Made by a program: the position numbers and the translations under genes. From Nitrospina sp. LS_NOB (GTDB lineage: Bacteria; Nitrospinota; Nitrospinia; Nitrospinales; VA-1): a stretch of 64,000 nt of DNA. Below, in pieces: positions 31,229 through 41,761 of this stretch. Every line of letters begins with the position of its first letter. The stretch's first letter is position 1. The DNA lies in the NCBI GenBank assembly GCA_001542995.1, contig LFLA01000014.1, forward strand, positions 96,556 to 160,555, in the 5' to 3' direction. The notes beneath the pieces are model-generated. The model saw only the letters and a program-made list of their open reading frames with translations. It had not been told where the DNA came from and did no database searches.

Positions 31229-33364
31229 ATGAAAAAAATAATTATACTAGGGCTCATTGGCGGTTTATTTTGGGCTTTTTCCTACTTTGATCTCGGTCAT
31301 TACTTAACCCTTGAATATATAAAAGAGCAGCAAATCAATTTCTCAGCTTTTTATAAGGAAAACACTTTATTTGCGATTAGTGCCTATTGCGCAGTTTATA
31401 TTGTGACGACGGCTCTTTCCCTTCCAGGAGCCGCCCTCATGACATTGCTTGGCGGCGCTTTGTTCGGGTTGGTGACCGGAACGATTCTGGTTTCATTTTC
31501 CAGCACCATCGGCGCGACTCTCGCTTTTCTGGTCTCACGTTTACTACTCCGAGACTGGGTTCAAGGTAAGTTTGGCAGTCACCTGAAATCATTCAATGAC
31601 GGTATCCTAAAGGACGGAGCTTTTTATCTGTTCACACTCCGATTGATTCCTGCCGTTCCCTTCTTCATCATTAATCTGGTCATGGGTCTGACCCCCATGA
31701 AGACGTTATCATTTTTTCTGGTGAGCCAGGTCGGAATGCTGGCAGGCACCCTTGTTTTTGTAAACGCTGGGACACAACTCGCTCAAATCGAATCTATCGG
31801 GGGCATTCTTTCCGCAGAAATTATCTTTTCATTTGTCTTGTTAGGGATTTTCCCGTTGCTGGCCAAAAAACTTATAAGTTTCTATAAAGGAAGAAAAGTT
31901 ATGAGTAAGTTTAAAAAACCAAAATCCTTCGATTACAACATGGTGGTGATCGGGGCTGGGTCCGCTGGCTTGGTCACCAGCTATATCGGGGCAGCAACCA
32001 AGGGAAAAGTTGCATTAATAGAAAAACACAAAATGGGTGGGGACTGCCTGAATACGGGGTGCGTCCCCAGTAAAGCTCTCATCCGGTCAGCCAAATTCAT
32101 GGCCGATGCCAGGAAATGCCAAAAACTCGGATTCAAAAGCGCCCAGATTGAATTTGATTTTGCCGATGTGATGGAGCGGGTCCAACGGGTCATCAGAACC
32201 ATTGAGCCGCATGACTCCATCGAGCGATACACCTCTTTGGGAGTCGAATGCCACACCGGCGAAGCCAAAATTTTGTCTCCTTACGAAGTCTCGGTGAATG
32301 GGAAAACTCTCACCACAAGGAATATTGTCGTTGGAACCGGAGCTCGCCCTGCCATTCCCGCGATTGAGGGCATTGAAGATGTCGCCTACCTGACCTCAGA
32401 TACCGTTTGGGATATTCGCGAAAAACCGGAAAAGCTGCTGGTGCTGGGTGGTGGACCTATTGGTTCTGAACTGACCCAGGCGTTTGCCCGGCTGGGATGT
32501 TCCGTGACCCAGGTTCAGCGTAACAAGCGGCTGATTCCAAAAGAAGACCCTGAAATATCACAAATGGTTTTAGAAAGTTTCCAAAGCGAAGGAATCAATG
32601 TATTGACAGCACACACTCCCAAAAAATTCTTCAAACGCGATGGAAAAGATTTTCTGCAATGTGAGAATAATGGCAACTCTGTGGAAGTCGAGTTTGACAC
32701 CCTCCTGATCGCACTGGGAAGAAAAGCCAACACATCAGGATTTGGGTTGGAAGAACTAGACATTGAGTTGACCCCCCAGAAAACAATAAAAGTTGATGCA
32801 TACATGAAAACCAACATCCCAAATATTTATGCCTGTGGGGATGTTGCCGGACCCTACCAGTTCACCCATATAGCGGCCCACCAGGCATGGTATTGCGCGG
32901 TCAATTCGATGATAAGCCCCTTCTATAGTTTTAAAGTCGACTACAGCACCGTTCCATGGTCAACTTTTACCGACCCGGAGGTGGCTCGGTCCGGACTGAA
33001 TGAGCTGGAAGCCAAGGAACAGGGAATCCCCTATGAGGTCACCACTTATGGAATTGATGATCTGGACCGTGCTATTGCAGATGAAGCGGCGCATGGAATT
33101 GTTAAAGTGTTGACGGTTCCCGGAAAAGACAAAATCATCGGTGTCACCATTGCGGGACTACATGCCGGCGATATCATTTCAGAGTATGTCGCCGCAATGA
33201 AAAATGGATTTGGCATGAACAAAATCCTCGGTACGATTCACATCTACCCCACCCTGGCAGAAGCCAATAAATTTGCCGCCGGTAATTGGAAAAAGAATCA
33301 GGTTTCAGAAAGCACTTTGGCCTGGGGGGAGAGAATCAACCGCTGGCGGAGAGATTATTTTTAG
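31229..33364 (+). CDS. TVP38/VTT membrane domain fused to pyridine nucleotide-disulfide oxidoreductase (DLD/MerA-like)
   Basis: LSLPGA...LRLIP (VTT); GAGSAG, GGDCLNTGCVPSK, GGGPIG and HIYPT. Confidence 0.9.
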   Translation: MKKIIILGLIGGLFWAFSYFDLGHYLTLEYIKEQQINFSAFYKENTLFAISAYCAVYIVTTALSLPGAALMTLLGGALFGLVTGTILVSFSSTIGATLAFLVSRLLLRDWVQGKFGSHLKSFNDGILKDGAFYLFTLRLIPAVPFFIINLVMGLTPMKTLSFFLVSQVGMLAGTLVFVNAGTQLAQIESIGGILSAEIIFSFVLLGIFPLLAKKLISFYKGRKVMSKFKKPKSFDYNMVVIGAGSAGLVTSYIGAATKGKVALIEKHKMGGDCLNTGCVPSKALIRSAKFMADARKCQKLGFKSAQIEFDFADVMERVQRVIRTIEPHDSIERYTSLGVECHTGEAKILSPYEVSVNGKTLTTRNIVVGTGARPAIPAIEGIEDVAYLTSDTVWDIREKPEKLLVLGGGPIGSELTQAFARLGCSVTQVQRNKRLIPKEDPEISQMVLESFQSEGINVLTAHTPKKFFKRDGKDFLQCENNGNSVEVEFDTLLIALGRKANTSGFGLEELDIELTPQKTIKVDAYMKTNIPNIYACGDVAGPYQFTHIAAHQAWYCAVNSMISPFYSFKVDYSTVPWSTFTDPEVARSGLNELEAKEQGIPYEVTTYGIDDLDRAIADEAAHGIVKVLTVPGKDKIIGVTIAGLHAGDIISEYVAAMKNGFGMNKILGTIHIYPTLAEANKFAAGNWKKNQVSESTLAWGERINRWRRDYF

Positions 33365-33382
33365 GAGGGTGAAAGCCAAACT

Positions 33383-34105
33383 CTAAACGAAAAGGCCATG
33401 GGTAACACTGGTCTCATACATAATGCCCACCCCAAGAAACAGCGTTGCCAATCCGATGAAAACCTGTAATCCCTGATAAGTATTGTTTGCGGTAAATTCA
33501 GAGTACCGCAGAGGGACCACCATCATGATGGAAAGCAGAGCCATACCAACTATTGATCCGACTCCAAACAACAATATGTAAACAAGCCCCGTTCCAATGG
33601 ATGAAACGGAATTGAGGCTTAATAATATCAAGGCGGCGGAGCCTGCCATTCCATGCATCATCCCTACCATTAAAGCCCGCATGGAGAACTGTTGTGAGTG
33701 GGTGTGCTGATGAGGGCTGCCTTGATGATCGACTTTATCCTGCGCATGGGAGTGAAAATGCAGATGAATGATTCCATCTGCATGGCGATGCGCATGAAGA
33801 TGGATTCGCTTCTTGATGATTTCCTTTATGACTGCTCCGCCCATGAACACCAGCATGCACCCGACAAAAAACTCCAAGGTAAGGGCCAACTGCTCGGGAA
33901 TCATCGTGTCAACCATCAAGACGACCGACCCGAAAACAAATAATGTGATCGTGTGCCCCAGGCCCCATGTAGCTCCCAGCGCAAGGCCCTCCCTGAGGGA
34001 TGTCGCCTTCGAAGCCAAAGAAGCAACAGCGGCAACATGATCGGCTTCCAAAGCATGCTTCAGACCCATCAGGAATCCAAGCAATAATATATTTATAAGT
34101 GTCAT
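33383..34105 (-). CDS. UreH/HupN-like nickel/cobalt transport membrane protein
   Basis: HALEADH, WGLGH, His-rich loop and HGMAGS. Confidence 0.85.
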   Translation of the reverse strand: MTLINILLLGFLMGLKHALEADHVAAVASLASKATSLREGLALGATWGLGHTITLFVFGSVVLMVDTMIPEQLALTLEFFVGCMLVFMGGAVIKEIIKKRIHLHAHRHADGIIHLHFHSHAQDKVDHQGSPHQHTHSQQFSMRALMVGMMHGMAGSAALILLSLNSVSSIGTGLVYILLFGVGSIVGMALLSIMMVVPLRYSEFTANNTYQGLQVFIGLATLFLGVGIMYETSVTHGLFV

Positions 34106-34274
34106 TAACTATTCTGTTTCAGGGGCAAGCTTTTCAGGTTTAATTCCTGACTTTATCTGGTTATAGCAGGTATTACAAGCAGAGTAATAGGGGATGTTCC
34201 TTAAATATAAATGCCTCGGTGGATTGAACCTATCAACTTAGAAAAGTAGTCTTCGTTGCCCCTCTGACAAGAAG

Positions 34275-34321
34275 TGGTGAGCCGTCTCGGGATCGAACCG
34301 AGGACCTACTGATTAAGAGTC
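34275..34321 (-). repeat. att-site direct repeat: 47-bp copy of the 3' part of tRNA-Lys
   Basis: tggtgagccgtctcgggatcgaaccgaggacctactgattaagagtc is identical to 37044-37090. Confidence 0.95.
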
Positions 34322-34702
34322 CGTAGCCGTTAACAATCAACAACTTACTACAACTAACAACAATAAAAGATTCAGTGTGTTAACACCCCTACCCTTGTTG
34401 TCACCAGTTGTGGAAAACTGCCATTATTTGCTGACAAGTGGCCCTTTTTTGGCCCATAGAATTGGCCTAACTTTTGAGACAGCGGGGTGGGAAAGAACCT
34501 TCTCCCACTTACTCTTTAACTGTTCCAAAAAAATGAAGAAAATTATTAGAGAAATTTAAAACTGATTCAAGAACACCATCAAATTAGAGAAAACAGCTAG
34601 CGGTTTAAATTGATATATACTCGTTATTTGCTATGGTAAAAGTAGCATGATAGAATCGTCAATTAGATGCTTGTTTATAATAAACACTTGGGAGCTTTAT
34701 CT

Positions 34703-35075
34703 ATGCAGAATATGGTCAAATTTTTGGTTCTTTTAATTTTTCTTATGCTTATTGGGTGCGCAGGTGGGCGGCCCACCAAAGAGCAGATCGCCAACGCAGA
34801 TTTTGGGAGCCCCCCCTCCTGAAAACACTGGCCAACTGATAGAGAGTTATATGAGTCAGAGATTAAAGGATCCGGACTCTGCTAAATATGAATTACTTAA
34901 CCAGACCATAAAATATTATCAACATTTTGGGGACAAGTTAATTTTTGGAATCGGTGTGTGCATATGTAAATTCTAAGAATAGTTATGGAGGTTACACTGG
35001 CGGGAAGTTATACCTTTTCATGTTTAAAAATGGAGAAATCATTTTTTCTAAAGGTGGCTACAAAAATGGCACTCA
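34703..35075 (+). pseudogene. Lipoprotein pseudogene (KDPDSA...VNSKNSYGGYTG type), two frameshifts
   Basis: MQNMVKFLVLLIFLMLIGC lipobox. Frame changes near the C-run at about 34810 and near 34950 are needed to join LKDPDSAKY and VNSKNSYGGYTG. Confidence 0.65.
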
Positions 35076-36950
35076 AGTTTTAGCTGTCCGATTTATAGGG
35101 GAAAGGTCATGATCTACCTGCTTCAATCGGAGAAGAAACTCAGTCTCTCTATGACTGGTAAGCAGCAGTTTTTCTGTGGAACGCGTCATCGCAACATACA
35201 GCAGTTTGGCCTCTAAGACTAGATCCTCTCCGTCAACAGGCATACTCCCTATTCCTGATACCGCAACAATGGGGAATTCTAAACCCTTACTGCTGTGCAT
35301 TGTCATTAACTTCACGCTGTCAGCAGAGGGCTTAAACCGCTTTTTCGCCTCTGAATCCCCGAGCCATTGACAGGAAACACCTATGGACATTAATTGGGTA
35401 TGCAGTTTTTTCCCCATCCAGTTATTCCGATATGTTACGCACATATCGGACCAGGGAATCCCCTGTTCGTCATGCATTCGCTTGAAGGTATGAGCGATAT
35501 AGCCTACTTCCTCTTCATAAGAGTTAAAAGTCTTTACTACGGGTGCAGGTCCATGACGCCCCGCCGCCTCAGGCTCAACCAACGGCACATGATCCTCGTC
35601 CTTAGCATCTGGATTAAGGTATCTGCGGACAAATTGGTAAGCGAAACCAAGAATTTCATTGGTATTCCGATAATTTAATTTTAGTACGGTTGTCCGGCCC
35701 CTTGCCTGGACTCCGACACTAGATAGGCTGAAGTCGAGCTGGTTCTTCCTGCTATAGATCGACTGTGCATCGTCATAAAGCAACAGTAGGGAATTGGTCT
35801 TGGGATCAACCATGCTTACCACAAGCTCCAGCCATTCAGGCTTAAAGTCATGGCCTTCGTCGATCATTACTGCACCATACTGACATTTTGGTATCGTACC
35901 CTTCTCCGCTTCAGCAATGACCGCCTCAACAAGCCGGTCAACATACCCGTCGCCCGACTGTGGTCGATCAATATGGTAGGTGCGTAGCTGTTCACCGCAC
36001 CAGTCGTGAAAGTGATAGACACTGACCTTATCACCAAGACCCCGCCCAGCAATCAGTTCGCGCAACCTAGCGGCCAGTGTTATGTTGAAGCAGAGGACAA
36101 GAATTGGTTTGTTTAACAGCTTGGCGAGGTAGAGACAGCGATAAACCAGGATCAAGGTTTTGCCAGAACCGGCCACTCCATGGATGACCCGGTGCCCTTC
36201 CCCAAGACTGCGTGCCAGCATTTCTTGCTGCATATCCATGACCTTTATAATGTCAGGTAGCGGCTTTTCTATATCCTCCTCTTCTGGACCCCCTGGAAAA
36301 AGATTGCCCTGATCGTCTGTATTGATTCTAACTTCGGGAAACATGTGCCAACGGATATGATCGATCTGCGGTAGGGTAAGAGGATGCGAGAACTGGTGGA
36401 CGTTGAACATGTTCCATAAGCGCTCTTGAAAAGTCTCTGGCTCCACGCTTTCAACCATTTCATCCTTACAGATGACTTGGTGCTCAGGTAACACTTCTCC
36501 CAGGTCAACAGATTCAAACTGCTTACGGGTAATATTGCTCAATACCACCCCATAACCGTATGGAAAAACTATGTTGCCCTTATAACGTCCTGTTTGGTGG
36601 ACCAATTGGGGGTCCTTCTCCAGCCGTTGTATCAGTTGATAGGTGCATTGACGCGCCTGTACCAGAGGGTTGCTTACGATTTTGACGCCCCGCAGGGTGA
36701 TGATAGTTGCAGTCGCCTTATCTATCTTCTGGATAGTCTCCAGCTTCCAGTCCTTCACCTCCAGCAACAACAGACCGCGTGCCGGATGCAGGATAATGAA
36801 GTCGGAATATCGCTGTCTTTTGCCGACAGGCAACTCGTACCAGCAGAGGTAGTCGTCCTCCAAATGGCTCCCTATGCGCCAAGCGAAACGCTTCTCGCCC
36901 GATTGCATTCGATTAACGCAACTGTTAAGAGAGGGAATTAGACTTGCCAT
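35073..36950 (-). CDS. NERD nuclease domain plus superfamily I (UvrD-like) helicase
   Basis: SDFIILHP..GLLLLEVKDW (NERD); GVAGSGKT, IDEGHD, DDAQSIY, NYRNT, TMHSSKGLEF and YVAMTR. Confidence 0.9.
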   Translation of the reverse strand: MASLIPSLNSCVNRMQSGEKRFAWRIGSHLEDDYLCWYELPVGKRQRYSDFIILHPARGLLLLEVKDWKLETIQKIDKATATIITLRGVKIVSNPLVQARQCTYQLIQRLEKDPQLVHQTGRYKGNIVFPYGYGVVLSNITRKQFESVDLGEVLPEHQVICKDEMVESVEPETFQERLWNMFNVHQFSHPLTLPQIDHIRWHMFPEVRINTDDQGNLFPGGPEEEDIEKPLPDIIKVMDMQQEMLARSLGEGHRVIHGVAGSGKTLILVYRCLYLAKLLNKPILVLCFNITLAARLRELIAGRGLGDKVSVYHFHDWCGEQLRTYHIDRPQSGDGYVDRLVEAVIAEAEKGTIPKCQYGAVMIDEGHDFKPEWLELVVSMVDPKTNSLLLLYDDAQSIYSRKNQLDFSLSSVGVQARGRTTVLKLNYRNTNEILGFAYQFVRRYLNPDAKDEDHVPLVEPEAAGRHGPAPVVKTFNSYEEEVGYIAHTFKRMHDEQGIPWSDMCVTYRNNWMGKKLHTQLMSIGVSCQWLGDSEAKKRFKPSADSVKLMTMHSSKGLEFPIVAVSGIGSMPVDGEDLVLEAKLLYVAMTRSTEKLLLTSHRETEFLLRLKQVDHDLSPINRTAKT

Positions 36951-37043
36951 GTCAGTTGAGTCGGTCCAAAAATCGTACAGTTAAGCTTTGAAAGAAGCGG
37001 TAGCCAGCTTAGCACCATCTCAGTAAACCCATTGTTTTAAATA

Positions 37044-37119
<76 letters not shown>

Positions 37120-37186
37120 TCACTATTCGTCTGGATGGAAATACCGGGCCATTCTACCTAATCTGTGCCAGGCTGGCAAGCTGTGG

Positions 37187-37522
37187 TTAACCCCCTCCAA
37201 ATACCCGTGCCAACACATTATATTGCGCCGCGCTGATCGTTGCCGACAGTCCACCCGCTATCAACGACAAAAATAAGAATTGATAGGCCTTGTCTTTATT
37301 TTCACGCATTTCCACGATATCGATCAGGAACGATATGAAGAGCAGCCCCAAAAATATCACCTTGGCCACATCCGGAAGAATGGATTCTGCCGCTTGCGCC
37401 GTCCCAGCCTGGAGGACCACCGCGCGCTCCTGAAAAATCCCGATGCCATAGAGCCCCATCAGCATAAATGCCCAGACCTGCCGCAGGAGTATTTTTGTCT
37501 CATCCAGGTTGATGCCAGCCAC
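37187..37522 (-). CDS. Hypothetical membrane protein
   Basis: 111 aa with three hydrophobic segments; GTG start after agagg. Confidence 0.6.
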   Translation of the reverse strand: MAGINLDETKILLRQVWAFMLMGLYGIGIFQERAVVLQAGTAQAAESILPDVAKVIFLGLLFISFLIDIVEMRENKDKAYQFLFLSLIAGGLSATISAAQYNVLARVFGGG

Positions 37523-37787
37523 AAAACCTCTTAGAAATCAGTGTTAAAAATGTTTGCATCTTCTGTCAGCAGGGATCATCTAATAAGGTACCTTAATAGA
37601 CATAGCCAATAAAGGGTGACTTCCAACGGGTTTGCGGTCGTTTTCCCCAGCTTCGGCTATGCTATAATTGCACCCGTTTCCAACGTCTTTTAAAAAACAT
37701 TTTCACGGCCCCCGCTTTTGGGGTTGTTCGGGTAGTATAGGAAAGCACTTTCATTAATTATAATCTTTTTTGAGAAGGAAGCAGATT

Positions 37788-38423
37788 ATGGCTATAAGAT
37801 TAGGAGATACCGCACCGGATTTCACAGCAGAAACCACCGAGGGCACCATTGAGCTGCATAAATACCTGGGCGACGGCTGGGGGGTTTTGTTTTCCCATCC
37901 CAAAGACTACACCCCGGTTTGTACTACGGAACTGGGCCGGGTGGCCAATCTGAAAAGTGAATTCGATAAACGTAACGTCAAGGTTCTTGCCTTGAGCGTA
38001 GACCCTGTGGATTCGCACAAGGGATGGATCAATGACATTAACGAGACACAAAATTGCACAGTGAATTACCCCATCATTGCCGACCCGGATAAAAAAATCG
38101 CTGAACTGTATGACATGATTCATCCGAATGCGCTGAACAACCTGACCGTTCGATCTGTATTCATCATCGGGCCCGACAAAAAAGTCAAATTGACGATCAC
38201 CTATCCCGCTTCAACGGGTAGAAACTTTGCTGAGATCCTGCGTGTTATCGATTCACTGCAACTCACCGCCAATTATCAGGTCGCCACACCGGTTGACTGG
38301 AAACATGGCGATGACTGCGTGGTCGTCCCCGCAATCAAGACGGAAGATATTCCCGCAAAGTTCCCCAAGGGACACAAAGTGATCAAACCCTATTTGCGCA
38401 CCACACCGCAACCTGACCTGTAG
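37788..38423 (+). CDS. 1-Cys peroxiredoxin (Prx6 family)
   Basis: FSHPKDYTPVCTTE, YPASTGRN and ATPVDW. Confidence 0.92.
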   Translation: MAIRLGDTAPDFTAETTEGTIELHKYLGDGWGVLFSHPKDYTPVCTTELGRVANLKSEFDKRNVKVLALSVDPVDSHKGWINDINETQNCTVNYPIIADPDKKIAELYDMIHPNALNNLTVRSVFIIGPDKKVKLTITYPASTGRNFAEILRVIDSLQLTANYQVATPVDWKHGDDCVVVPAIKTEDIPAKFPKGHKVIKPYLRTTPQPDL

Positions 38424-38479
38424 ACGGTTTTGATTTCCAGCATGGCCGGGCAGAAATGCCCGGCTTTGTTTTTTATGCC

Positions 38480-39373
38480 ATGAGCAATCAAAAGGCCTTG
38501 GGCCAAATTTCACACTTGATCCAATTGTTGACCGACCGGGACGAATTCGTCCGGGAAAAGGTTCACCTACAGTTGATCGAACTGGGGGAAGACGCCTTGC
38601 CATTTCTGGAAATGGCGGTCCGCAGCGAAGATGCCCCTCTCCGAGTTCAGGCGCAGGAAGTGATCCGCGCGATTTTTCCAAAAAAGCTGGGGGGGGGAAA
38701 GTTCCGGCAATTGGCACAAAAAGGACTGGGCCGGGATGTCAACCTGGAAACAGGAATGCTGTTGATCATGGAATTTGGTTATCCTGACTTTGATCCTGAA
38801 ACCTGCCGGGAGAACCTTGATTCCCTGGCCCACCGGCTGGAGCAGAACCTCGCTCCAGATACTAATCCTTCCCAAACCGTTTCCGCATTGACCCGCCTAC
38901 TTTTCCAACAGGAAAATTTCAGGGGCAACCAGAAAAATTATCTGGATCCGGACAACAGTTATCTCAACAAGGTTCTGGAACATAAAACTGGTTTACCCAT
39001 TACCCTTTCAGCCCTCTGTGTACTGGTTGCGGGCCGACTGGGTTTGCCAATCGTTGGCGTGGGCCTGCCGGGCCATTACATTGCAAAATACAATCTTCCG
39101 CAAAACGCGATTTATTTCGACCCGTTCCATCAGGGCCGCCTGCTGACCCGCGCGGACTGTATTCAAATTGTTGAACAGTTTGGCCAATCTTTTGAAGAAC
39201 ATTTCCTGTCCCAGTCCACGCACCGGGAAACGCTGATCCGAATGATGAATAATCTGGTTCAGGTGTACCAGAGTTCCAATAAGCCGGAAAAAGCCGCGAC
39301 CTTATCGGGGTATATCAAGATTCTGTTGAATCCTTCTAAAAATCCCTTTTCAGAAAACACCCAGGGAATATAA
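38480..39373 (+). CDS. SirB1/transglutaminase-like (Transglut_core2) protein with HEAT-like N-terminus
   Basis: FRGNQKNY.DPDNSYL..VL...TGLPITL, GLPGH, YFDPF and RMMNNL. Confidence 0.82.
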   Translation: MSNQKALGQISHLIQLLTDRDEFVREKVHLQLIELGEDALPFLEMAVRSEDAPLRVQAQEVIRAIFPKKLGGGKFRQLAQKGLGRDVNLETGMLLIMEFGYPDFDPETCRENLDSLAHRLEQNLAPDTNPSQTVSALTRLLFQQENFRGNQKNYLDPDNSYLNKVLEHKTGLPITLSALCVLVAGRLGLPIVGVGLPGHYIAKYNLPQNAIYFDPFHQGRLLTRADCIQIVEQFGQSFEEHFLSQSTHRETLIRMMNNLVQVYQSSNKPEKAATLSGYIKILLNPSKNPFSENTQGI

Positions 39374-40120
39374 ATGCATATTGTTATAACAGGAGCCGGT
39401 TCGGGGATCGGCAGAAGTATTGCTGAAACTCTGGCAGAGCGTGGATACTCTCTTATTCTGTTAGGACGCAATCTGGAAAACCTGGAAACAACAAAAAGTT
39501 TATTGAAAAACTCCGGACAGCACCAATGCCACACCTGCGATATCAGAAACTCCGGAGAAATCAGAAAGGCACTGGCAAATGTTTCTTCTCTATATGCACT
39601 CGTCGCCAACGCCGGACTCGGAGGTGAAAACCAATATGGAGATCAGGATCGCTGGCGAGAAATTATTGACACCAACCTGACCGGAACTTATCAGACCATT
39701 CAGGAATGCCTTCCCTTTATTAAAAAGGATTCCGCACCGTTCAAAAAAATTATCATCATCTCATCCATTCTGGCAAGGTTAGGGGTTCCGGGCTATTCCG
39801 CCTATTGCGCATCTAAAGCGGGGTTGCTGGGGCTCACCCGATCTCTGGCAGCAGAGTACAGCGGCGATGGAATTCTGGTGAATGCCTTGTGTCCCGGTTG
39901 GGTCGATACCGAAATGGCGCAGGAAGGCTTAGAGGGATTTGCCGACGCATTGAAGGTTTCTAAAGACGAGGCCTATAAAGAAGCGATGAAGCAGGTGCCA
40001 TTGGGCAAGATGTCCAAACCCGAAGAAGTCGCCCAACTGGTTGCCTATCTGGTTTCTGCAGAACAAACTTCCTTCACCGGACAAACTCTAGACATAAACA
40101 ACGGCGCACTCATGCCCTAA
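39374..40120 (+). CDS. SDR family oxidoreductase
   Basis: TGAGSGIG, NAG, YCASK and PGWVDT. Confidence 0.9.
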   Translation: MHIVITGAGSGIGRSIAETLAERGYSLILLGRNLENLETTKSLLKNSGQHQCHTCDIRNSGEIRKALANVSSLYALVANAGLGGENQYGDQDRWREIIDTNLTGTYQTIQECLPFIKKDSAPFKKIIIISSILARLGVPGYSAYCASKAGLLGLTRSLAAEYSGDGILVNALCPGWVDTEMAQEGLEGFADALKVSKDEAYKEAMKQVPLGKMSKPEEVAQLVAYLVSAEQTSFTGQTLDINNGALMP

Positions 40121-40183
40121 ATACCTCAAAGCCAAATAACCCCTCCCCTAAGAAAACAATTTCTTACCAATCTTCCTTAAACG

Positions 40184-40711
40184 CTACAGGCTCCTCAAGC
40201 GGGGGTTATCTTTATCCTTTTCAGAGAGAACGGGATCTGATATCGGCCAGTCAATCCCGATATCTGGATCGTTCCAGATAATTCCTTTTTCTTTTTCTGC
40301 TGAATAGTATTCAGAAACTTTATACAAAAACTCCGCCGTATCACTGAGCACACAAAACCCATGGGCAAAGCCTGCCGGAATATAAAGCTGAAGATAGTTG
40401 GCATCCGACAAAATAAAACCCTGCCATTTTCCAAAAGTGGCAGAGCTTTTTCTGATATCCACGACCACATCAAACACTTCACCTTTGACCACTCTGATCA
40501 ATTTTGCCTGTTCAGGGTCAACCCGATAGTGGAGCCCTCTTAAAACATTTTTATTCGAGAGGGATTGATTATCTTGAATGAATTCTTCCTGGATTCCCAA
40601 CGCACGGTATTTTTCCTTTTCATAACTCTCAAAAAACCGTCCCCGGGAATCAAGGTGAACAGTGGGCTCAATGAGCAAAACCCCTTCAAGTTCGGTTTGG
40701 CGGGCTTTCAA
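40184..40711 (-). CDS. rmlC: dTDP-4-dehydrorhamnose 3,5-epimerase
   Basis: DSRGRFFE, QDNQS, LRGLH, GFAHGF and WNDPDIGIDWP. TTG start at 40711 after GGAGA. Confidence 0.92.
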   Translation of the reverse strand: MKARQTELEGVLLIEPTVHLDSRGRFFESYEKEKYRALGIQEEFIQDNQSLSNKNVLRGLHYRVDPEQAKLIRVVKGEVFDVVVDIRKSSATFGKWQGFILSDANYLQLYIPAGFAHGFCVLSDTAEFLYKVSEYYSAEKEKGIIWNDPDIGIDWPISDPVLSEKDKDNPRLRSL

Positions 40712-40723
40712 AATTTCTCCTGT

Positions 40724-40925
40724 AAAAAAAGCAGGGAAGACCGATAGCAAGAGATCATCAAGCCGAGACAAGTCTTTGCCAGCCCAATAAAACCATTGCT
40801 CATTTCCACCGGGCATTGCCCGGCGCCGAGTGGCCCCTTAGCAGGGGAAGCAAAAAGAACTTGCCTCATCAGCCGTCAATAATTCCCGCCTGCCAGCAAA
40901 CTTTATTGCACGCTGGCCCCACGCC
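40724..40925 (-). ncRNA. Candidate structured RNA or leader upstream of rmlC
   Basis: Lies between a sigma70-like promoter and a T7 run; nested complementary segments and internal hairpins. Confidence 0.45.
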
Positions 40926-40931
40926 TAGTGG

Positions 40932-40960
40932 ATTATATAATGCAATTCAGAGCTTAGCAA
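40932..40960 (-). promoter_or_regulatory. Sigma70-type promoter
   Basis: Minus strand TTGCTA-N17-TATAAT. Confidence 0.65.
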
Positions 40961-41032
40961 ACAACATTGAAGATGGGAAACTCCTCTGTTAATATCAGGT
41001 TTTACCTTGAAACCTTTTGAGCAAAGCTTCGA

Positions 41033-41761
41033 ATGAGAATAATACCAGCAGTAGATATAAAAGAAGGAAGGTGTGTGCGCCTTGCCCAGGGAAAAGCGGA
41101 CCAGGAAACCGTTTATTCTAATGATCCCGTCTCGATGGCCAATCATTGGGATGAAGAAGGGGCGCAGACTATTCACGTTGTCGACCTTGATGGCGCCTTC
41201 CAGGGCTCACCCATCAACGCCGAAATTGTAAAAAACATTATCTACAGCAGCTCTGTAGATATACAAGTCGGAGGGGGAATCCGAACTCTTGAAACCATCG
41301 AAGCGTATGTTAAAGCTGGCGCATACCGGATTATTTTGGGTACCGTTGCTCAGAAGGAACCGGAGTTTGTGGAAGAAGCTTGTCGACGTTTCCCCGATAA
41401 AATTATTGTCGGCATTGATGCCCGGGACGGTTTAGTGGCTGTGAAAGGGTGGGTGGAAGTTTCAGAACAAAAAGCTATCGACCTCGCCCGGAAAATGAAG
41501 GGATATGGAATTGCCGGGTTTATCTTCACTGATATCAGCCGCGACGGCATGCTTCAGGGTCCTAATCTGGAAAGCATCAAGGAGTTTGCCGAGTCCGCGC
41601 AATTACCCGTGATCGCGTCAGGGGGGGTGAGCCGTCTGGAAGACATCACAAACCTGGCCAAGCTGGAGTCCTATGGTGTTGAAGGCGTGATCATCGGCAA
41701 AGCTCTATACGACAAAACCCTTTCCTTCAAGGAGGCGCGAGACGTTCTTCATGCTGGCTAA
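41033..41761 (+). CDS. hisA: ProFAR isomerase
   Basis: [25 protein letters not shown] and TDISRDG. Confidence 0.96.
   Translation: MRIIPAVDIKEGRCVRLAQGKADQETVYSNDPVSMANHWDEEGAQTIHVVDLDGAFQGSPINAEIVKNIIYSSSVDIQVGGGIRTLETIEAYVKAGAYRIILGTVAQKEPEFVEEACRRFPDKIIVGIDARDGLVAVKGWVEVSEQKAIDLARKMKGYGIAGFIFTDISRDGMLQGPNLESIKEFAESAQLPVIASGGVSRLEDITNLAKLESYGVEGVIIGKALYDKTLSFKEARDVLHAG

Noticed and set aside
31229-33364. Mercuric reductase merA
   Set aside because: No C-terminal Cys-Cys pair, no HMA domain and no mer operon; it has a VTT domain instead.
34275-34321. Second tRNA-Lys gene
   Set aside because: Only the 3' 47 nt are present and the D-arm and 5' acceptor strand are missing; it is an att repeat.
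38689-38697. G9 tract as a phase-variation switch
   Set aside because: The frame is intact, the tract is single and short, and the gene is not a surface or contingency type; cannot be supported without reads.
40712-40816. N-terminal extension of RmlC given by the ORF track
   Set aside because: Family similarity starts at the TTG at 40711 with a GGAGA RBS; the upstream sequence looks like structured RNA.
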